This document shows positions 12,057-25,898 of a stretch of DNA of 64,000 bases, one piece after another; the first letter of the stretch is position 1, and each line of letters starts with the position of its first letter. The translations under genes and the position numbers were made by a program. The DNA lies in assembly GCA_009602735.1 (NCBI GenBank), contig WELA01002297.1, forward strand, positions 335,097 to 399,096, given 5' to 3'. The DNA is from Mesotaenium endlicherianum (lineage: Eukaryota). The notes under the pieces were generated by a model. The model was not told the origin of the DNA, made no database searches, and worked only from the letters and a program-made list of their open reading frames with translations.

Positions 12057-12583
12057 TGAGCTACATGTACAAGCTCAAGTTTCTTGGATCCTACAAGTCG
12101 AGGGTCAGCAACCATTAAGCCCAAGGAAGCGACTCTGAAAAAGCCCATATGAAACACTGCCTCACGTTCTGACAAGTCACCCTAGTCAATGTGTTGGTGA
12201 GCTTTTTCTTAGAAGGCTATTCACCAGGAGCATCTCCAGTAATCTGCTTCTTACCACATGTTGACATGCATTCGGATGTTAATGCTGCAAGTTAGTGGAA
12301 AGCTCAATAGTATGCACCAAATCAACAACACGATTTCCGCGTCAGTGTCCTTCCGTTCGAGCTCTCGGCATTTTTAGCTTGTCGTGTGCTCTAGTTTATT
12401 AATGATTGCATTGGTCAGCGTTGCTAGTGAGAACCAGTAAGAACGGCCTGCACCAGCCTGCACACCCTTAAATGTGTCAGAGCAACAGGGCAGACACGGG
12501 AAAAACGCGGAGAAAGGTTCCCGAGAGCAAGGCTGTACTCAGGAGTCAGGAGTTACACGGCTGTACCCGCTTGGAATTCAGCT

Positions 12584-12977
12584 GACCAGATTCTACAACC
12601 AAACAGAATTGCACCTCATCCATACGTCAGCAATAGGTGAAAAGTGGTCAAGAAGTGCCGGAACTTTGGAAGCCACCGAGAGCAGCGAGAGCTGGCGAGA
12701 ACAGTCAAGTCGAGAACTCCAGAGTCATTCTCTCGGTGGCTTCCAAAGTTTCGGCACTTCTCGAGTCTCGACTCTCGACCACTTGCTACCCGTAACTGAC
12801 GTATGGATGAGGTCATGCTTGACTTTTGAGTTCTCGAGTCTCGACTTGACTTGACTGTCCTCGCCAGCTCTCGCTGCTCTCGGTGGCTTCCAAAGTTCCG
12901 GCACTTCTTGACCATTTGCGCTACCTATTGCTCAGGTGTGGATGAGTTGCAATTCTGTCTGGTTGTGGGATCTGGTC
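12584..12977. mobile_element. Foldback/MITE-like element with ~130-bp terminal inverted repeats
   Basis: Left arm GACCAGATTCTACAACCAAACAGAATTGC...TCAAGTCGAG is the reverse complement of the right arm ...GCAATTCTGTCTGGTTGTGGGATCTGGTC. No TSD found. Confidence 0.8.
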
Positions 12978-13076
12978 CATGGGCTGCTAATTCTTTTTTT
13001 TTGAGGGCTTTCTTTGTGAAAATAATCAATCAAAATTTGACAAGCGGACAGAAATCAATATTTGAGGCTTAGTTGC

Positions 13077-13793
13077 TGTCGCGACTACTATCCATTTGAC
13101 GGCGCCGCACGCGTAACGCAAGTTACGGTTGCCCAGGTACGGTAATCAACGCTGACCCCAGGTCCACTGATTTACCACCAACAGGTCAGCCTTGGCACAG
13201 GACAAGTGCAGGATGAAAGACGGATTGACCCCGCCCCTCAGGGGTGAGCGGGGATTGACGGCCCAGTTAGCTGAACAACTGACCAAGTCGGGATCGCAAG
13301 AATGTAAAGCTCAGCCGAGAAGTTGATTCGATCAAGCGACCATGTGAAGACGCCGAGTCAGCCGCAAAGCTGACTGTGCTGCAGACATGCAGGCGTCACG
13401 AGGAGCCCAAGCGTTGACTGGACGGCGCTCTTAGTTACTGGACTCGGGCCGAGGCTGGCACGACTTAAGCAAACAGTCAAAGGGCGTGGGTCGCTAACGT
13501 CACGCAGCCATGCATGCTAATTGAGTGGCTAAGACAGTCGAGCGATAAGCTCAAGGCTGCATGTATGACTCGGTAAAGGAAGACGCAGCGTGGAAACTCC
13601 CAAGAGAGAGAATCCAGCGTGCGTGGTGCCTGGGTAAAGCACAAGAGCTGCACACACTCGCCTCCTTCTTGCCACACACATTTGCCAGTGGAGCAGAAGG
13701 AGCGCAAAAGGGAGAGAGAAGAGGACAAGAGAAGGGCGCGAAGGAGAAGGAGTCCCAAGTAAAGTTACGCTGTTTGCAAACTAGCCGCTTGTA
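13077..13793 (+). mobile_element. Possible 5' terminal-repeat segment of the + strand DNMT-Gypsy, split off by the hAT insertion
   Basis: GC-rich non-coding segment starting TGTCGCGAC, similar to the TGTCG termini of related elements here. If the hAT at 13794-28066 is removed, it lies upstream of the + strand gag. No partner copy to confirm. Confidence 0.3.
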
Positions 13794-16700
13794 GTACGCT
13801 TAAATAAGCGTACTGAGTCGGTACGCACGTACCGAGCGTGCAAAATTTAGTTCACTCGTAATGCGTGGACGCCTTCACGTATGGGATTGTATGCTTAGAT
13901 TCACGTTTGAGTTTGACTTTAACGTCAATCGACGGGATACTAAGTTTGAAAGTACGATAATGTCTGGTTCCTGCAGCAACGGCGGAAACTAAAAATTTTC
14001 ACCAAAACATGTCCACCAATATTTTTGCAACCGTAAATTTTGCTCTTGAATCTGCTTCGCTAGCTGCACGGCACACTGGCACAACCCCTTTGTGGCCAAG
14101 CCTAAGGCCTACCTACATAATAGCTTGAGTTGCCCCTTTCACTTCATTCGCAGCATCATTGAGCTTGTAAGGCACACTTTCTGCTCTGTTGTTCACCTCA
14201 ATAAAAAGTTCGCTCTTTGTTGTTGTACTTTGCGTATACGATTCTTTATACTGCAGCCTGGTGCAGGCAATAACATGTTGTTTTCACTTCTTCATTCTTA
14301 TGTGCGTGTGATTTTATGTGTGATGTTCATTCTCGTCTGGCCTGCTACACCTGCTCTCTCTTGCTCCGTGTAGTCTGTATGCATTTGTGTAGTTTGTATG
14401 CTGGTATTTGTTGCTTTGTGTTTCAGATTTGTATTGTAGTGGTGGTTGTTATAGGTTCTCAAATGTCACTCAACATGCTTACATTGTGTTCAATCTTTGC
14501 TTGATGTGATATTGGGGACGTCAATAGAAGAAAGGAGGCCGTGACTCATATTTTCAATGGGCACATTTTACAAGGTTAGCTTGGCTCCTTTTCTTCACTC
14601 TCTCATTTGTCCATCTTGTATGACAACCTTTAGTTTTGTTCTTTGCGTGTAGTGGCCTGTTTTTTGGATCTGTGGGATTTGAATCATTAATATGTGGGGA
14701 CGTATTTGTGTACCAGATTAGCATGGTCCAATTGGTCTTATGTGTGCTGAATCTATTGCGCCCTTTGTTTTCTATGTACCTTCAGGTTTGAAGACTTTGA
14801 AAGCTCAGCTTCACGTCTGAGATCCAGCTTTCATTGGTGCCAGCCAGTTCGACTTCTCATCTTAGGTATGTTGATGCAACTACAAAAGATTCTTGTCTTC
14901 TAGTCTGTCAAGATAGAGGGACGAGATAGTGGTGCCATCGCAGCGTCTGTTGAGGCCATAGTTTTTGCACTTTTAGTAGAGGTGGACTGAGCTTTATTTT
15001 ACCTATACAAAGCAACCACTGGTAAGTTCACAGTATTATAATTTTGATGAAGAGTGTGTGCAGTCAAAGGTAAGTCATTTTAATTGCAGCTGCTTCTTAG
15101 TATATATTTGCTAGAGCGGCTAGGCTATGCATGAAACCTAGACTTTTGTAAAACATATGCTAGTAGCGAGATCCAAGAGGCATAGGCGACAAGGGCTTCC
15201 AGTCCAAAGCCTTCATGAATATGGTCTCTTATGATGCTGCTGGCTTGTCTTGTGCATTTTGTTTGTGCTTGCTACCTCCTGCTCATTTTAAAGCTGGCCC
15301 CTTTTTTTTCTTTCCTTGTATTTTTGTCCTTGTCAGGCATGGTGAGCCATATTGACGTGTGATTATCTCTTCACGTGCGCATCAGGTGCCCATCCCCTTC
15401 CTTCTCCCCATTTCTCCTCTTTCTTCTGAAGGTATGCCTTTAATTTTTTTGTTGATTGACTTCCCCTTATGCATGCTGCTTTGCTGCCCAAACCTGCCCT
15501 CCTTCTCTTGGCTATTTATTTATGTGTTCTTATTGACCACCTGCTGCAAGAGTGTTATGTGACTGGTTACTGTCACATGCTGCTAGGCTGCAGCTGTTGC
15601 TCCTGTGCGTGGCCTCTTGTGTGTTTGTCGCTCGCTACCTGGTACCAGCTGCTTCTTTTACAACAATTTGCACGTTTTGTATAGTGTAATACAGCCGAAG
15701 CCAAAAGAAGGAAGAGCTCTGTCTTGCCACTTGAAGTGAGACCATCTTCCACCCTGTGCATCAGGTGCCATGCCCCGCCATTCTCCCTCATTCCTTGCCT
15801 CTCTCATGGAGGCTCATACTTTGTTTGTTCTCAATTTCTCGCCGCCCATACAATTTCTTTATTGGGCCAGGGCTGGTTCTGTCGCGTGATACTGTCGCCT
15901 GCTTCTGATGCGCCTTATTTTGTTGTTGCTGTGGCTATCTCTCAAAACTTGCCCGTGGGCACATGCTACTGTACATGTCAACTGTTGCCAATTTAATGTT
16001 GTCTTGTATTCCTTGTTACGTGATTTTTGCTTGCAAGTAGAGCACCTTTGCTCTTTGTCAAGTGTGTTGGTTATCCTTAACCAGTTGCTTTGTTTTAAAG
16101 CTTTGTGCCTGTTTTTTCTTGTGTGAGGCAGGCCGGCAAAAGAGCTGCGTCAGCAGACTTGCGCCCCTTGTGCCTATCAAAGGGGGACCCTCTTCCAGCT
16201 TGCAAAGTGGGGACCATCTTCCAGCACGCGCATCAGGTCCCAAGCCCCTCCATTCTCCCTCTTTCATTCTCTTTCTCTTGGAGGGGGGGTCTTCGTTCGT
16301 TGTTTTTGGCCTGCTTGCTGCCCGTGCATGTAGATTTCTTAAGCCTCTCCTCCGTGTCTTTATGCGCAATAGTTAGTGTAGATGCTCAACAGTTGCCGAC
16401 TTCATGCTCCCTTGCCTGCCCCGTCACGTGTTGCTGTGCCTTCCCTATTTTGCAAGTATGTTTGTTGTCTGTCGCTTGGTACTTGTTTTCCAGCTTTGTT
16501 ATCGCTTAACCCTGTGAGCAAGCTGGCAAAAGAACTGCGTCGGCAAAAGAGTTGCGTCGAAAGCCTCGGCACCCCTCGCGCGTATTAAGTGATCGTATTC
16601 CAGCACTTGTATGAGGTGCCTTATCCCCCCTTTCTTCATCTTTCCATTTCTTTCTTTTTGCTGTTGTTCGTTCTTGTTGCGCACCACTTGCGCTTGTCTT

Positions 16701-17833
16701 TTGCTCATTTGTGATCGACCTCTGTTGTCCCTGTCTGGCGTGTGTGGTGCACCCTATTTCTTTTCGTGTTCTGTGGTGCGTTCCTGTCGCGCACTGCTTG
16801 CGCTCACCTTTCGCTCATTTGCGACCTGCTGCTGTCTAGCGGGCGTGATGTCCCTTGTTTCTTTATCATGCTGCAAATGCTTGCCCATTTCTTGCTGTGC
16901 TCGGGGCGAGTTGCCTGCAGCAGCTGCAGCCTCTTGTTCCTTGCTTGCTTTGTTTGGGACCGGCTGGCTGCAACAGTGCTGCAGCCGCTTGCCCCTTTCT
17001 TGCTTTTGTCGAGGCTGGCTGCTGCTTTTGCTTGCTTTGGTCGGGGTGGGCTGGCTGCAGCAGTGCTGCAGCCGTCCGCTTATACATTTGTGCCTATGTT
17101 TGTATCTTGTTTGATGCAAGCCAAGCTGAAAGGAGAAAGAAGAGGCACCCCTTGCGCCCATCAAAGTGGATTGTCTTCCAGCCCGCGCATCAGGTGCCGT
17201 GCCTATTCTTTTTCTCTCTTGTCTTTTTCTTGGATGGACATTGTGGCTTATGTGTGTTGTCAACTATTCATTGCTGGCCTCTGTGTGTGGATCCCTCCTA
17301 CTATGCGTTCTAGTCACGCACCCCTTGCTCTACTTTCGTTCATTTACAAGTTGCTGCTGTCCCTGTCTGGTGTGTGTGTGGTGGCACCTAGGTATTATTT
17401 TTGCTGTTGTGCATTCGTGTCACGCATCGCTTGCGCTTATATGCGACCTGCTGCTGTCCTTGTCTGCCGTGTGTGGTGGCCCCTGTTTTTTTTTTTTGCC
17501 TCTGTGCATTCCTGTCGCGCACCGCTTGCACTTTTCTTTTGCTCACTTGCGACCTGCTGCTTTCTGGGGTGTGTGGTGCCCCCTATTTCTTTATCATGCT
17601 GCACTTGTTGCACCTGCATTGCTGCAGCCGCTCGCCCCTTTCTTGCTTTCGTCAAGGCTGTCTGCTGCCCTTGCTTGCTTCAGTCGAGGCAAACTGGCTG
17701 CTGCATTGCTGCAGTCGCTCGCCCCTTTCTTGGTTGCTTTGGCCAAGGTGGGCTGGCTGTGCATTTGTGGTAATTTGGTGCTTGTTCCCTCCATTCTCCA
17801 TTGCTGCTTCCTTTTGCGCTTCTGCCGCCCCTT

Positions 17834-18308
17834 TGTTGTAAATCCTCCTCATCCATCTCCTCTTCTTACCGCACTTTCTCTCAGTTGGTCACACAGACAG
17901 CTTCATCCTTCTTCAAGTCACACAGACATAGTTGGTCACACAGACAGCTTCCTTTAGTCACACAGACAAGGCCACACACCCCTGTAGCAGATTAAGCACT
18001 TAGCATAGATCTTGCGCACACACTTTCCTCGGAGACTCTTCTTCTTTCTTACACTCAAGAGTTCACCATACATCTTCTTTCACAGCGCCTATATTCACTT
18101 GGCGGTTGCTCACCCACCTCACACTCATCGACACTTCAAACCTAATGTCCTACTACCCTACACTTCTACACAATCAACACAATGTCAACACATCGACGGT
18201 CCACCCACTTTGACTATAATACAAGTCTACTCTATGCATTGACACACACACATGCAAGCCCACCAAACCGACACAAGTAAATAGAGTCAGGAGTGCCTAT
18301 TTACAACA
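17834..18308 (-). repeat. Copia 3' LTR
   Basis: Direct repeat of 22671-23145 with scattered substitutions; TG...CA ends. Confidence 0.96.
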
Positions 18309-18327
18309 CTCCCTCTCAGCTCCTACT

Positions 18328-21300
18328 CTATTTAACTACACACTCTATCAAACCAAACATCTCTGCACACCATTGGTGCTTAGTTTTTGCGACTGCCTTG
18401 GTCAAGGAATCAGCCACCATCTGATCAGTCCTCACATACACAAACTCTACACTTCCATCCAGCACACACTCTCTACACTTATGATACTGAACATCAATGT
18501 GCTTGCTCCAGGCATGCTCTGCTGGGTTTTTGCCCAGTGCAATGCAGCTCTGACTATCACTCAGAATCACCGTGGGTCTTTTCTGCTTGTAGATGAGGTC
18601 CTCCAATAATCTTCTCAACCATAGAGCCTCCCTGACCGCCTGTGAAGCAACCATGTACTCAGCCTCTATGGAGGACAATGCCACCACCTTCTGCCTCTTA
18701 CTCTTCCAGGTCACAACTCCCTTGGCAAGAGAGAAAGCATACCCTGTAGTAGACCTCCTGGTGTCCAGATCACTACCCCAGTCAGAATCACTGCAACCCT
18801 CCAACTTCACACTCTCTGCTCCTCCCAAATGCAACCACAAATCAAGAGTGCCCCTCAGATATCTCAGGATCCTCTTCATTGCCTCCCAGTGAGCAGGGCC
18901 TGGGTTCTCCATGAATTGACTCACTACTCCCACAGCATTGGCAATATCAGGCCTAGTGCAGACCATCAAATACATTATGCTACTAGCTACCTTCCTCAGA
19001 GGCACCTGAGACATTATCTCCCATTCTCTCTCACCCTTGGCACACATACTCAAACTCATCCTATGCTTACGATCAAGAGGCACACTGACAGGCTTGCACG
19101 TCTGCATATCAACCTTTCCAAGGTTGTCTGCAGGTAAGCTGGTTGCCCAAGCATGATCATCCTCTTGGCCCTGTCTCTCTTTACCTGTATGCCAAGTACA
19201 AACTCCACCTCTCCGAGATCCTTCGTATCGTATGTGCTACTCAGCACATCCTTCACATCCTGGATCTTCTTCAACTTCTTCCAACTAGCAGCAGATCATC
19301 CACATACAGTACCAGCATCACTCTGTCTTCTCCAACACCCTTCATATAGAGGCTGCTGTCTGCATTTGACCTCACAAATCCTTGCTCCAATAGCAAAGAG
19401 TCAATTTTCTGGTTCCACATCCTGGGACTCTGCTTTAAACCATATAGAGACTTCTTCAGCTTACAAACCTTCTTGGGGAACCTGGCATCAACAAATCCTT
19501 CAGGCTGCTCCATGTACACTTCCTCCTCCAAGTCCCCATTCAGGATTGCAGTCTTCACATCCATCCGGTGCATCTCCATATCCTCCACAGCTGCGATCTG
19601 GGCCACCACTCTCACAGTAGCGATCTTGGCAACAGGGGAAAACGTCTCATGATCATCTTCTCCCTCTGTCTGTGAATACCCCTTGGCCACGTACCTTGCC
19701 TTGTACCTGTCCACAGATCCATCAGCTTTCCTGTTCTTTTTGCAAATCCACCGGCCACCAACAACCTTCTTGCCAAATGGCAGATCCTCTAAATCCCAAG
19801 TGTGATTCTTCTTTAATGACTCCATTTCCTCAACTGAGGCCTTCCTCCACTACTCCGCTGCATCTGTCTTCATGGCTGCCTCATAGGTCTTTGGCTCAGA
19901 GTCATCAACCATATAGGCAACCTCACACTCCAACTCATCTTCTGCCAGCTCCTCCACGAGTTCCACATACTCGTCCACTCCAAATTTCACAGGCTTCACA
20001 CTATGTCTGGTGGAGCTTCTCCTTGCTGCATGACCCTCTCGACTGGTTGAGGCCTCTGCACCAGATGCTGACCTGAAGCTTCTCCCAGCTCCCTCTGCTA
20101 CAGCAGGGTCGTTGCCTGCTCTTCTCCTTGGTCTTCTTCTGGTTGCACTTGAAGGTCTCTCTCCGACGAACTCCACTTCATTGTCAAAGTCAGAGGCAGC
20201 TCCCTCTTGCTCAACACCCCTCTCCACTTCTGCTTGTCCTCCTGCAGCTGGCTGTTGCACCTTAGGTTGTACCTGAGCTCCCTCTGGAGATGCAGCCAAT
20301 CCGGGCTGCACTGCTACCTCCTCTTCAAGATCTTTTGGAAGATACCCCTCATACTCGTTGGAGTTCACAGGATATATCACCCTCTCGTTGAAGACAACGT
20401 CCCGGCTCTCAACCACTTCACCGATCCTCACATTCAAGAGCCGGTATCCCTTGCTCTCATCTGCATATCCCACAAACACACATCTCTCCGACTTTGGCTG
20501 CAGCTTGTTCCTCTTCTCATGGGGATATGAGACCACACCTCACAACCAAACACTTTGAGTTCCTGCACAGACAACTTCTTCTCGCTCCAAACTTCTTCTG
20601 GAATCTTCCCTCCAAGAGATAAGAATGGCAACTTGGCACTCACATATGCTGATGTCTTCACTGCCTCAGCCCACAGGCTCACATGCATGTCTGCAGCAAA
20701 CAGCATAGCCCTTGCTGACTCAATCAACGTCCTGTTCTTCCTCTCTGCCACTCCATTCTGCTGAGGAGAGTAGGCCACCGTGTGTTGATGCCTGATTCCC
20801 TCCTCCTTCAGGAAATTTGAGAAGTACCCATTCACATACTCTCCTCCGTTGTCTGTCCTCAAGGTCTTGATCTTCCTCCCACTCTGGTTCTCGACCACTG
20901 CCTTATACTCCAAGAACTTCTGAAATGTCTGGTTCTTCTGCTTCATGAAGTACACCTCTGTCTTCTGGGGAATAATCATGAGTGAAGGTGATGTACATCT
21001 TATTACCTGTTCTCCTGGCTGCTGTACTAGCAGGCCCCCACACGTCCGAATGGACCAACTCCAAGGGCTCCGTGGCCCTCGTCACCTCTTCTCCTCTTAG
21101 AAATGCTGCTCTCGATTGTTCTCCCATCTGGCACCCTCTGCAGAACTCCAAGTTCTGCCCATTGAAATCTGGTAGTCCTCCCTGCTTATCCTTTGACATT
21201 TTCTTCAACTTCTGCTCACTGATATGTCCTAGTCTCTGATGCCACAGGTTGATGTCTCCACTCTTCTTCTCTTCAACCTGGGCCACTCCTGCTGAGTCAT

Positions 21301-22650
21301 CCGCTTTGGCCTCCAGGGCCTGCAGTCCACGCACCACCTCAGCTTCACACTTCAGTTGGAACAAACTTCCCTTGACTGCTGCCTTATGTGCTTTCAGGAC
21401 AACTTCTCCCTTTTCAGTAAAAACTGAGCAGACAGAACCTTCAAACACCACCTTGTTCTCCAATGTAGTAGTCTTGGGCACAGAGAACAGATTCTTCACC
21501 AAGCCAGGGGTGTGCAAAACATCCTACATTGTGAATTTCCACCGCTTCCATCCAATCTTCGAATGCACGACTACCTTTCTTGCGCCAATCCCTTGCAGCA
21601 AATTTCCATCTCCCACTCTGATATGAACAGGCTCACACAGCTTGTAGTCAAACAAGAGATCTCTCCGTGACGTGCAGTGCCTGGAGGCTCCTGAGTCTAC
21701 ATACCACCTGTTCCTATCCTCCTCTTCAGCACATATGTATGCTTCATCAACAGTGACAGCATGTGCATTCTCCTCTCGGGCACAAGAGGATGTACCTTCA
21801 CTCTTCCTCTGTGGGCAATTCCTGGCAATGTGGCCCTTCTCATCCAATCTGTAACAGACAAAGTCTGTGCAGCTCGATGCCAAATGCCCCGGCTTTCCAC
21901 AGTGATAGCACGCCCTCACTCCTCCCCTGCCTCTTCCTCCTTGATGGCCACCTCTGCTGGATGACCTTCCTCCACCTCGACTTGTGCTGGCCAAGTTCAT
22001 CTCCTCCATTTGTAGAGCCAGATCTGCTACGCTGCCTTCTTCACTTTCACCATCTTCATCAGCTTTTCGCTGTTCAGCAGTCTGGTCTCCACCACTCTCA
22101 GTGTCGTGGCATTCACATCCATGTCCAGCAGCACCTTCTTCGTCATATTGAACTCAGGTCTCAGTCCCATCAGCAGTTGGATTACTTGGTCTGCCTCTCC
22201 TACCTCAGCTTCAATAGCTTGCATTTCTTGACATAACTTCAGCATGCGGGAGAAGTACCCCTGTATGCCTTTTCCATCTGCCTTTTATTGCATACTAATT
22301 GAACTACCTCTTGTAGATCTGCTTGCTAGCTGTGCTGACTAACTGATGAAATGTCTTCAATGCATCCCACACTTCTCTACTGGTTGTCAGTCTGCTCACT
22401 CTCAGCAGAAACTCCGTCCCCAAGCTCTTGATCAAGCGGGAGAAGGCATGTGCCTCCTTTCTCTTCCACTTCGCGCGCTCCTTCTCTCTGGTCGTCACAT
22501 CTGCTGCTGATGCTCCTGCTGCCAACTCTACTGGCAATGTATCTATCCCCAGAACAATGTCCTTCAACTCGTACCGTGCTAACTGTGCCATACACTTCAT
22601 TGACCACACAAAGTACTATGTACTCTTCCCATCAAAGTGCGGCATCCTCA
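18328..22650 (-). pseudogene. gag-pol: Copia gag-pol (frameshifts and stops)
   Basis: Zn knuckle CYHCGKPGHLASSC, protease WYVDSGAS, pre-integrase LWHQRLGH, integrase VHSDVWGP/RTDNGGEY/QNGVAERKNRT, RT KARYVAKGYSQ/LYGLKQSPR/YVDDLL, RNase H SDSDW/EAEY. Confidence 0.95.
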
Positions 22651-22670
22651 AATCGCCAGCTCCGATACTT

Positions 22671-23145
22671 TGTTGTAAATCCTCCTCATCCATCTCCTCT
22701 TCTTACCGCACTTTCTCTCAGCTGGTCACACAGACAACTTCTTCCTTCTTCAAGTCACACAGACTTAGCTGGTCACACAGACAGCGTTTTTTAGTCACAC
22801 AGATAAGGCCACACAGACCTCTAGCAGATCAAGCACTCAACATAGATCTTGCACACACACTTTCCTCAGAGACTCTTCTTCTCTCTTACACTCAAGAGTT
22901 CACCATACATCTTCTTTCACAGCGCCTATATTCACTTGGCGGCTGCTCACTCACCTCACACTCATCGACACTTCAAACCTAATGTCCTACTACCCTACAC
23001 TTCTACACAATCAACACAATGTCAACACATCAACGGTCCACCTACTTTGACTACAATACAAGTCTACTCTATGCACCGACACACACACATGCAAGCGCAC
23101 CAAACCGACACAAGTAAATAGAGTCAGGACTGCCTATTTACAACA
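22671..23145 (-). repeat. Copia 5' LTR
   Basis: Direct repeat of 17834-18308; adjacent to the PBS. Confidence 0.96.
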
Positions 23146-25129
23146 GTTTTGACTCTTTACTCCTGCTTCTGTCGCGTTCCTGCCGCCCCTCAACTCGTTA
23201 CTCCTGCTTTTGTCGCGTTCGAGCCGCTCGTTTCTTTATTTATGGTGCTGTCGAGGTCTTGCTCCCCACTGTTTCTTTTTAGTTTATTCCTGTTTTTGTA
23301 TGAGTAAACTTTTAAGCCAGCTGACGGCACAATATTTTCTTTTCTTCTTTAAGTTCGAGTGAACTTAATTTTTTTAGTACTTACTGTCTGCTTATTCTTC
23401 TTGTTTATTGCAGGTTTCACACGCATCATGTCTCAGCCTTCACTTAGTCCAGATCAACGCTTGCTGCAATGAGAGCGTCTATTGGGATTTTTAACCGCTC
23501 GTGTACCCCCTTTGCGCGCCACAAGTTCTACAGCTGAATGGGGCCATGTGTCCATTGTTGCAGCCGCCGTGCATAAGAGTGCACATTCAAAGATGAAGTG
23601 CAACTACTGTGACATAATCTTTTGTGCTGGTGTGACCAGGATTTGTGGGCATCTTACAAGAGGACTTAAGGACATTGGAGAGTGTGGGAAGGTTCCTGAT
23701 GTTGTTGTGGCTTGCATGATGAGGCGTGAGAATGATACGTATGGCACGCTCTTGGGAAAGAGACATACTAAGAGTTCCATGGCTGCTGCACAAAGTCACG
23801 TGTTGGGTAAGATTTCTTCCGGTATTAGCTTAGAGCTTGCTTCACCTGCAAGTGCTTGGAGGGTCTTCTCTTGAGAGGGAGACGGGAGAGACTTCTCTTA
23901 GTGAGATCCTTCAGAGGTTGAATGTTGATGCAGTTCATGAAATTGTTGCTCGCTTCTTCTACGATATTGGTATCAGCATTCAATATTGCCCGTAGCAAAT
24001 TTTTCAGTGACATGTTGGTTGCAATAAGTAAGCACACTCTACAGACGGGCGTAGTGTATGTCCCTCTCAAAGATAAGCCTCTGGGAAGTAGCCTACTAGA
24101 CAAAGAGGTGTCAAGGATAAAAGCTTGGGAGCAGAGCCAAACGAAGGGGCTACCCATGACGGATTGTAGCATTGTAGCAGAAGGGTGGACAGATCCATGC
24201 GGACATCCTCTTCTGAATGTGCTTATGCTTACAGCAGGCGTTGAGATGTTTGGAGATGCTATTAACACTGAGGAAGCTAGGAAGACGAGTGACTACATTG
24301 GTAAGCACTTGCTTGAAGCCGTGGAGAAGGTAGGGTGTGAGCATGTTGTACAGCTTTGCATTGATACAGCAGCCAACATTGTAGCTGGTTATAGGGTGGT
24401 TACTGAAAAGTACCCGCACATATTTTGGACGCCGTGTGCTGCCCACAACATCCTAGACTTGCTGCTGAAAGATCTAAGAAAGATTTCAGAGCTAGAGGAT
24501 ATTATTCAGAGGTTCAAATTGCTGGTGCAATTTGTGGCAAACCACCACATACCTCACGCTCTTTACCGTGAGCATGGGGCAAGGCTTAAAAATAAGTTAG
24601 AGTTGTTGTTGAAGCCAGGACTTACGAGGTTTGCTAGTAATTTTCTTTGCTTGCAAAGACTCATCGCTGTGAGAGATACCTTGCAAGCTATGGTGTCTGA
24701 CAATAGGTGGCTTGAGTGGGCAGCAAAGAACAATTATATTTTGAGGCTATAAAGATCAGGGATCTAGTTCGTGACGGCCAGGTTTAAGAGCGAGTGAAGG
24801 TATGGATAGCTGTTTGTGAGCCGATCATTGTTCTTCTTTGACTTGTTGACTCTCTACAACCTTCTCTTGGGAAGGTTTGGGATTGCATGTGTGTTTTTAC
24901 AAAGCATATTAACAAGGTTCCTGGGCTCAGGGCTCAATAAAGATTCCAAGCTAAGAAGGACGTGGCGCTCGCTGGAGCAACTTCACAGCCCGCTATATTC
25001 TGCAGACAAGTGTCTATTTCTCTACTGATCACCTATTGTTGCCCTTTTGCTTTTTTGGTAGTTGTCGCATTTTATTCCTCGCTATTGCTATTGTTGACTC
25101 TTGCTGCTAAATTTCTCCCTCTTGTTGCC

Positions 25130-25898
25130 ATTTCCCCAACTTTGCTTGGTTCTTGTTTTTGCCCTACTGCTGGCCCTTTTATTAGGTCTGCTGCTGGCCC
25201 TTTTCTTTGCCAACTTGCTAACCTTTTTTGCCCCGCCGTTTGCCCTTCTTCTGGCCCGCTCTCCCCTTTTTTTGCCTTGTTGCTGGTCCTTTTTTTGCCC
25301 TGCCATTTGCCCTTCTTTTTGGCCTTCTCTCCCCTTTTTCTGCCCTGCTGCTGGTCCTTTTTTTGGCCCTCCTGCTGGCCTTTTTTAGCCCTGTTGTTCT
25401 CTCCTCTTTCTGGCCTGCTCTCCCCATTTTTTGCCTTGCTGCTGGTCATTTTTTTTACCCTCCTACTGGCCTTTTTTTCCCTCCTGTTCTCCCCTTTTTT
25501 TGGCCTGCTCTCCTCTTTTTCTACCCTGCTGCTAGTCGTTTTTTTTGCCCTCCTGCTGGCCTTTTTTTGCCCTGCCATTTGCCCTTCTTTTTGGCCCGCT
25601 CTCCCCTTATCCTGCCCGACTGCTGGCCCTTTTTTTTACCCTCCTGCCCGCCTTTTTTTGCCCTGCTGTTTGCCCCTCTTTTGCCTGCTCTCCTCTTTTT
25701 CTACCCTGCTGCTGGCCCCTTTTTTTGCCTTCCGATTGGCCTTTTTTTACCATGCTGTTCTCACTTGTTTACGGCCTGCTCTCACCTTTTCCTGCCCTGT
25801 TGCTGGCCCTCTTTTATCCCTGCTGCGAACCTTTTTTTTTGCCCTCCTGTTAGCTTTTTTTTGCCTTGCTGTTGTCCCCATTTTTAGACCTGCTATCC
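25130..25898. repeat. Degenerate pyrimidine-rich tandem repeat (units like GCCCTGCTGCTGGCCCTTTTTTT) in the transposase intron
   Basis: Repeated ~20-bp subunits, resuming at 26383-26620 after the solo LTR. Confidence 0.85.

Larger units (their letters stand above)
17834..23145 (-). mobile_element. Ty1/Copia LTR retrotransposon, full length but decayed
   Basis: Two 475-bp LTRs TGTTGTAAAT...ATTTACAACA, PBS-like AAGTATCGGAGC at 22659-22670, PPT AGAGGGAG at 18309-18316, domain order gag-PR-INT-RT-RH. Confidence 0.97.

Noticed and set aside
15359..17957. Many Cys/Leu-rich ORFs
   Set aside because: T-rich degenerate repeats in the hAT interior; no protein motifs.
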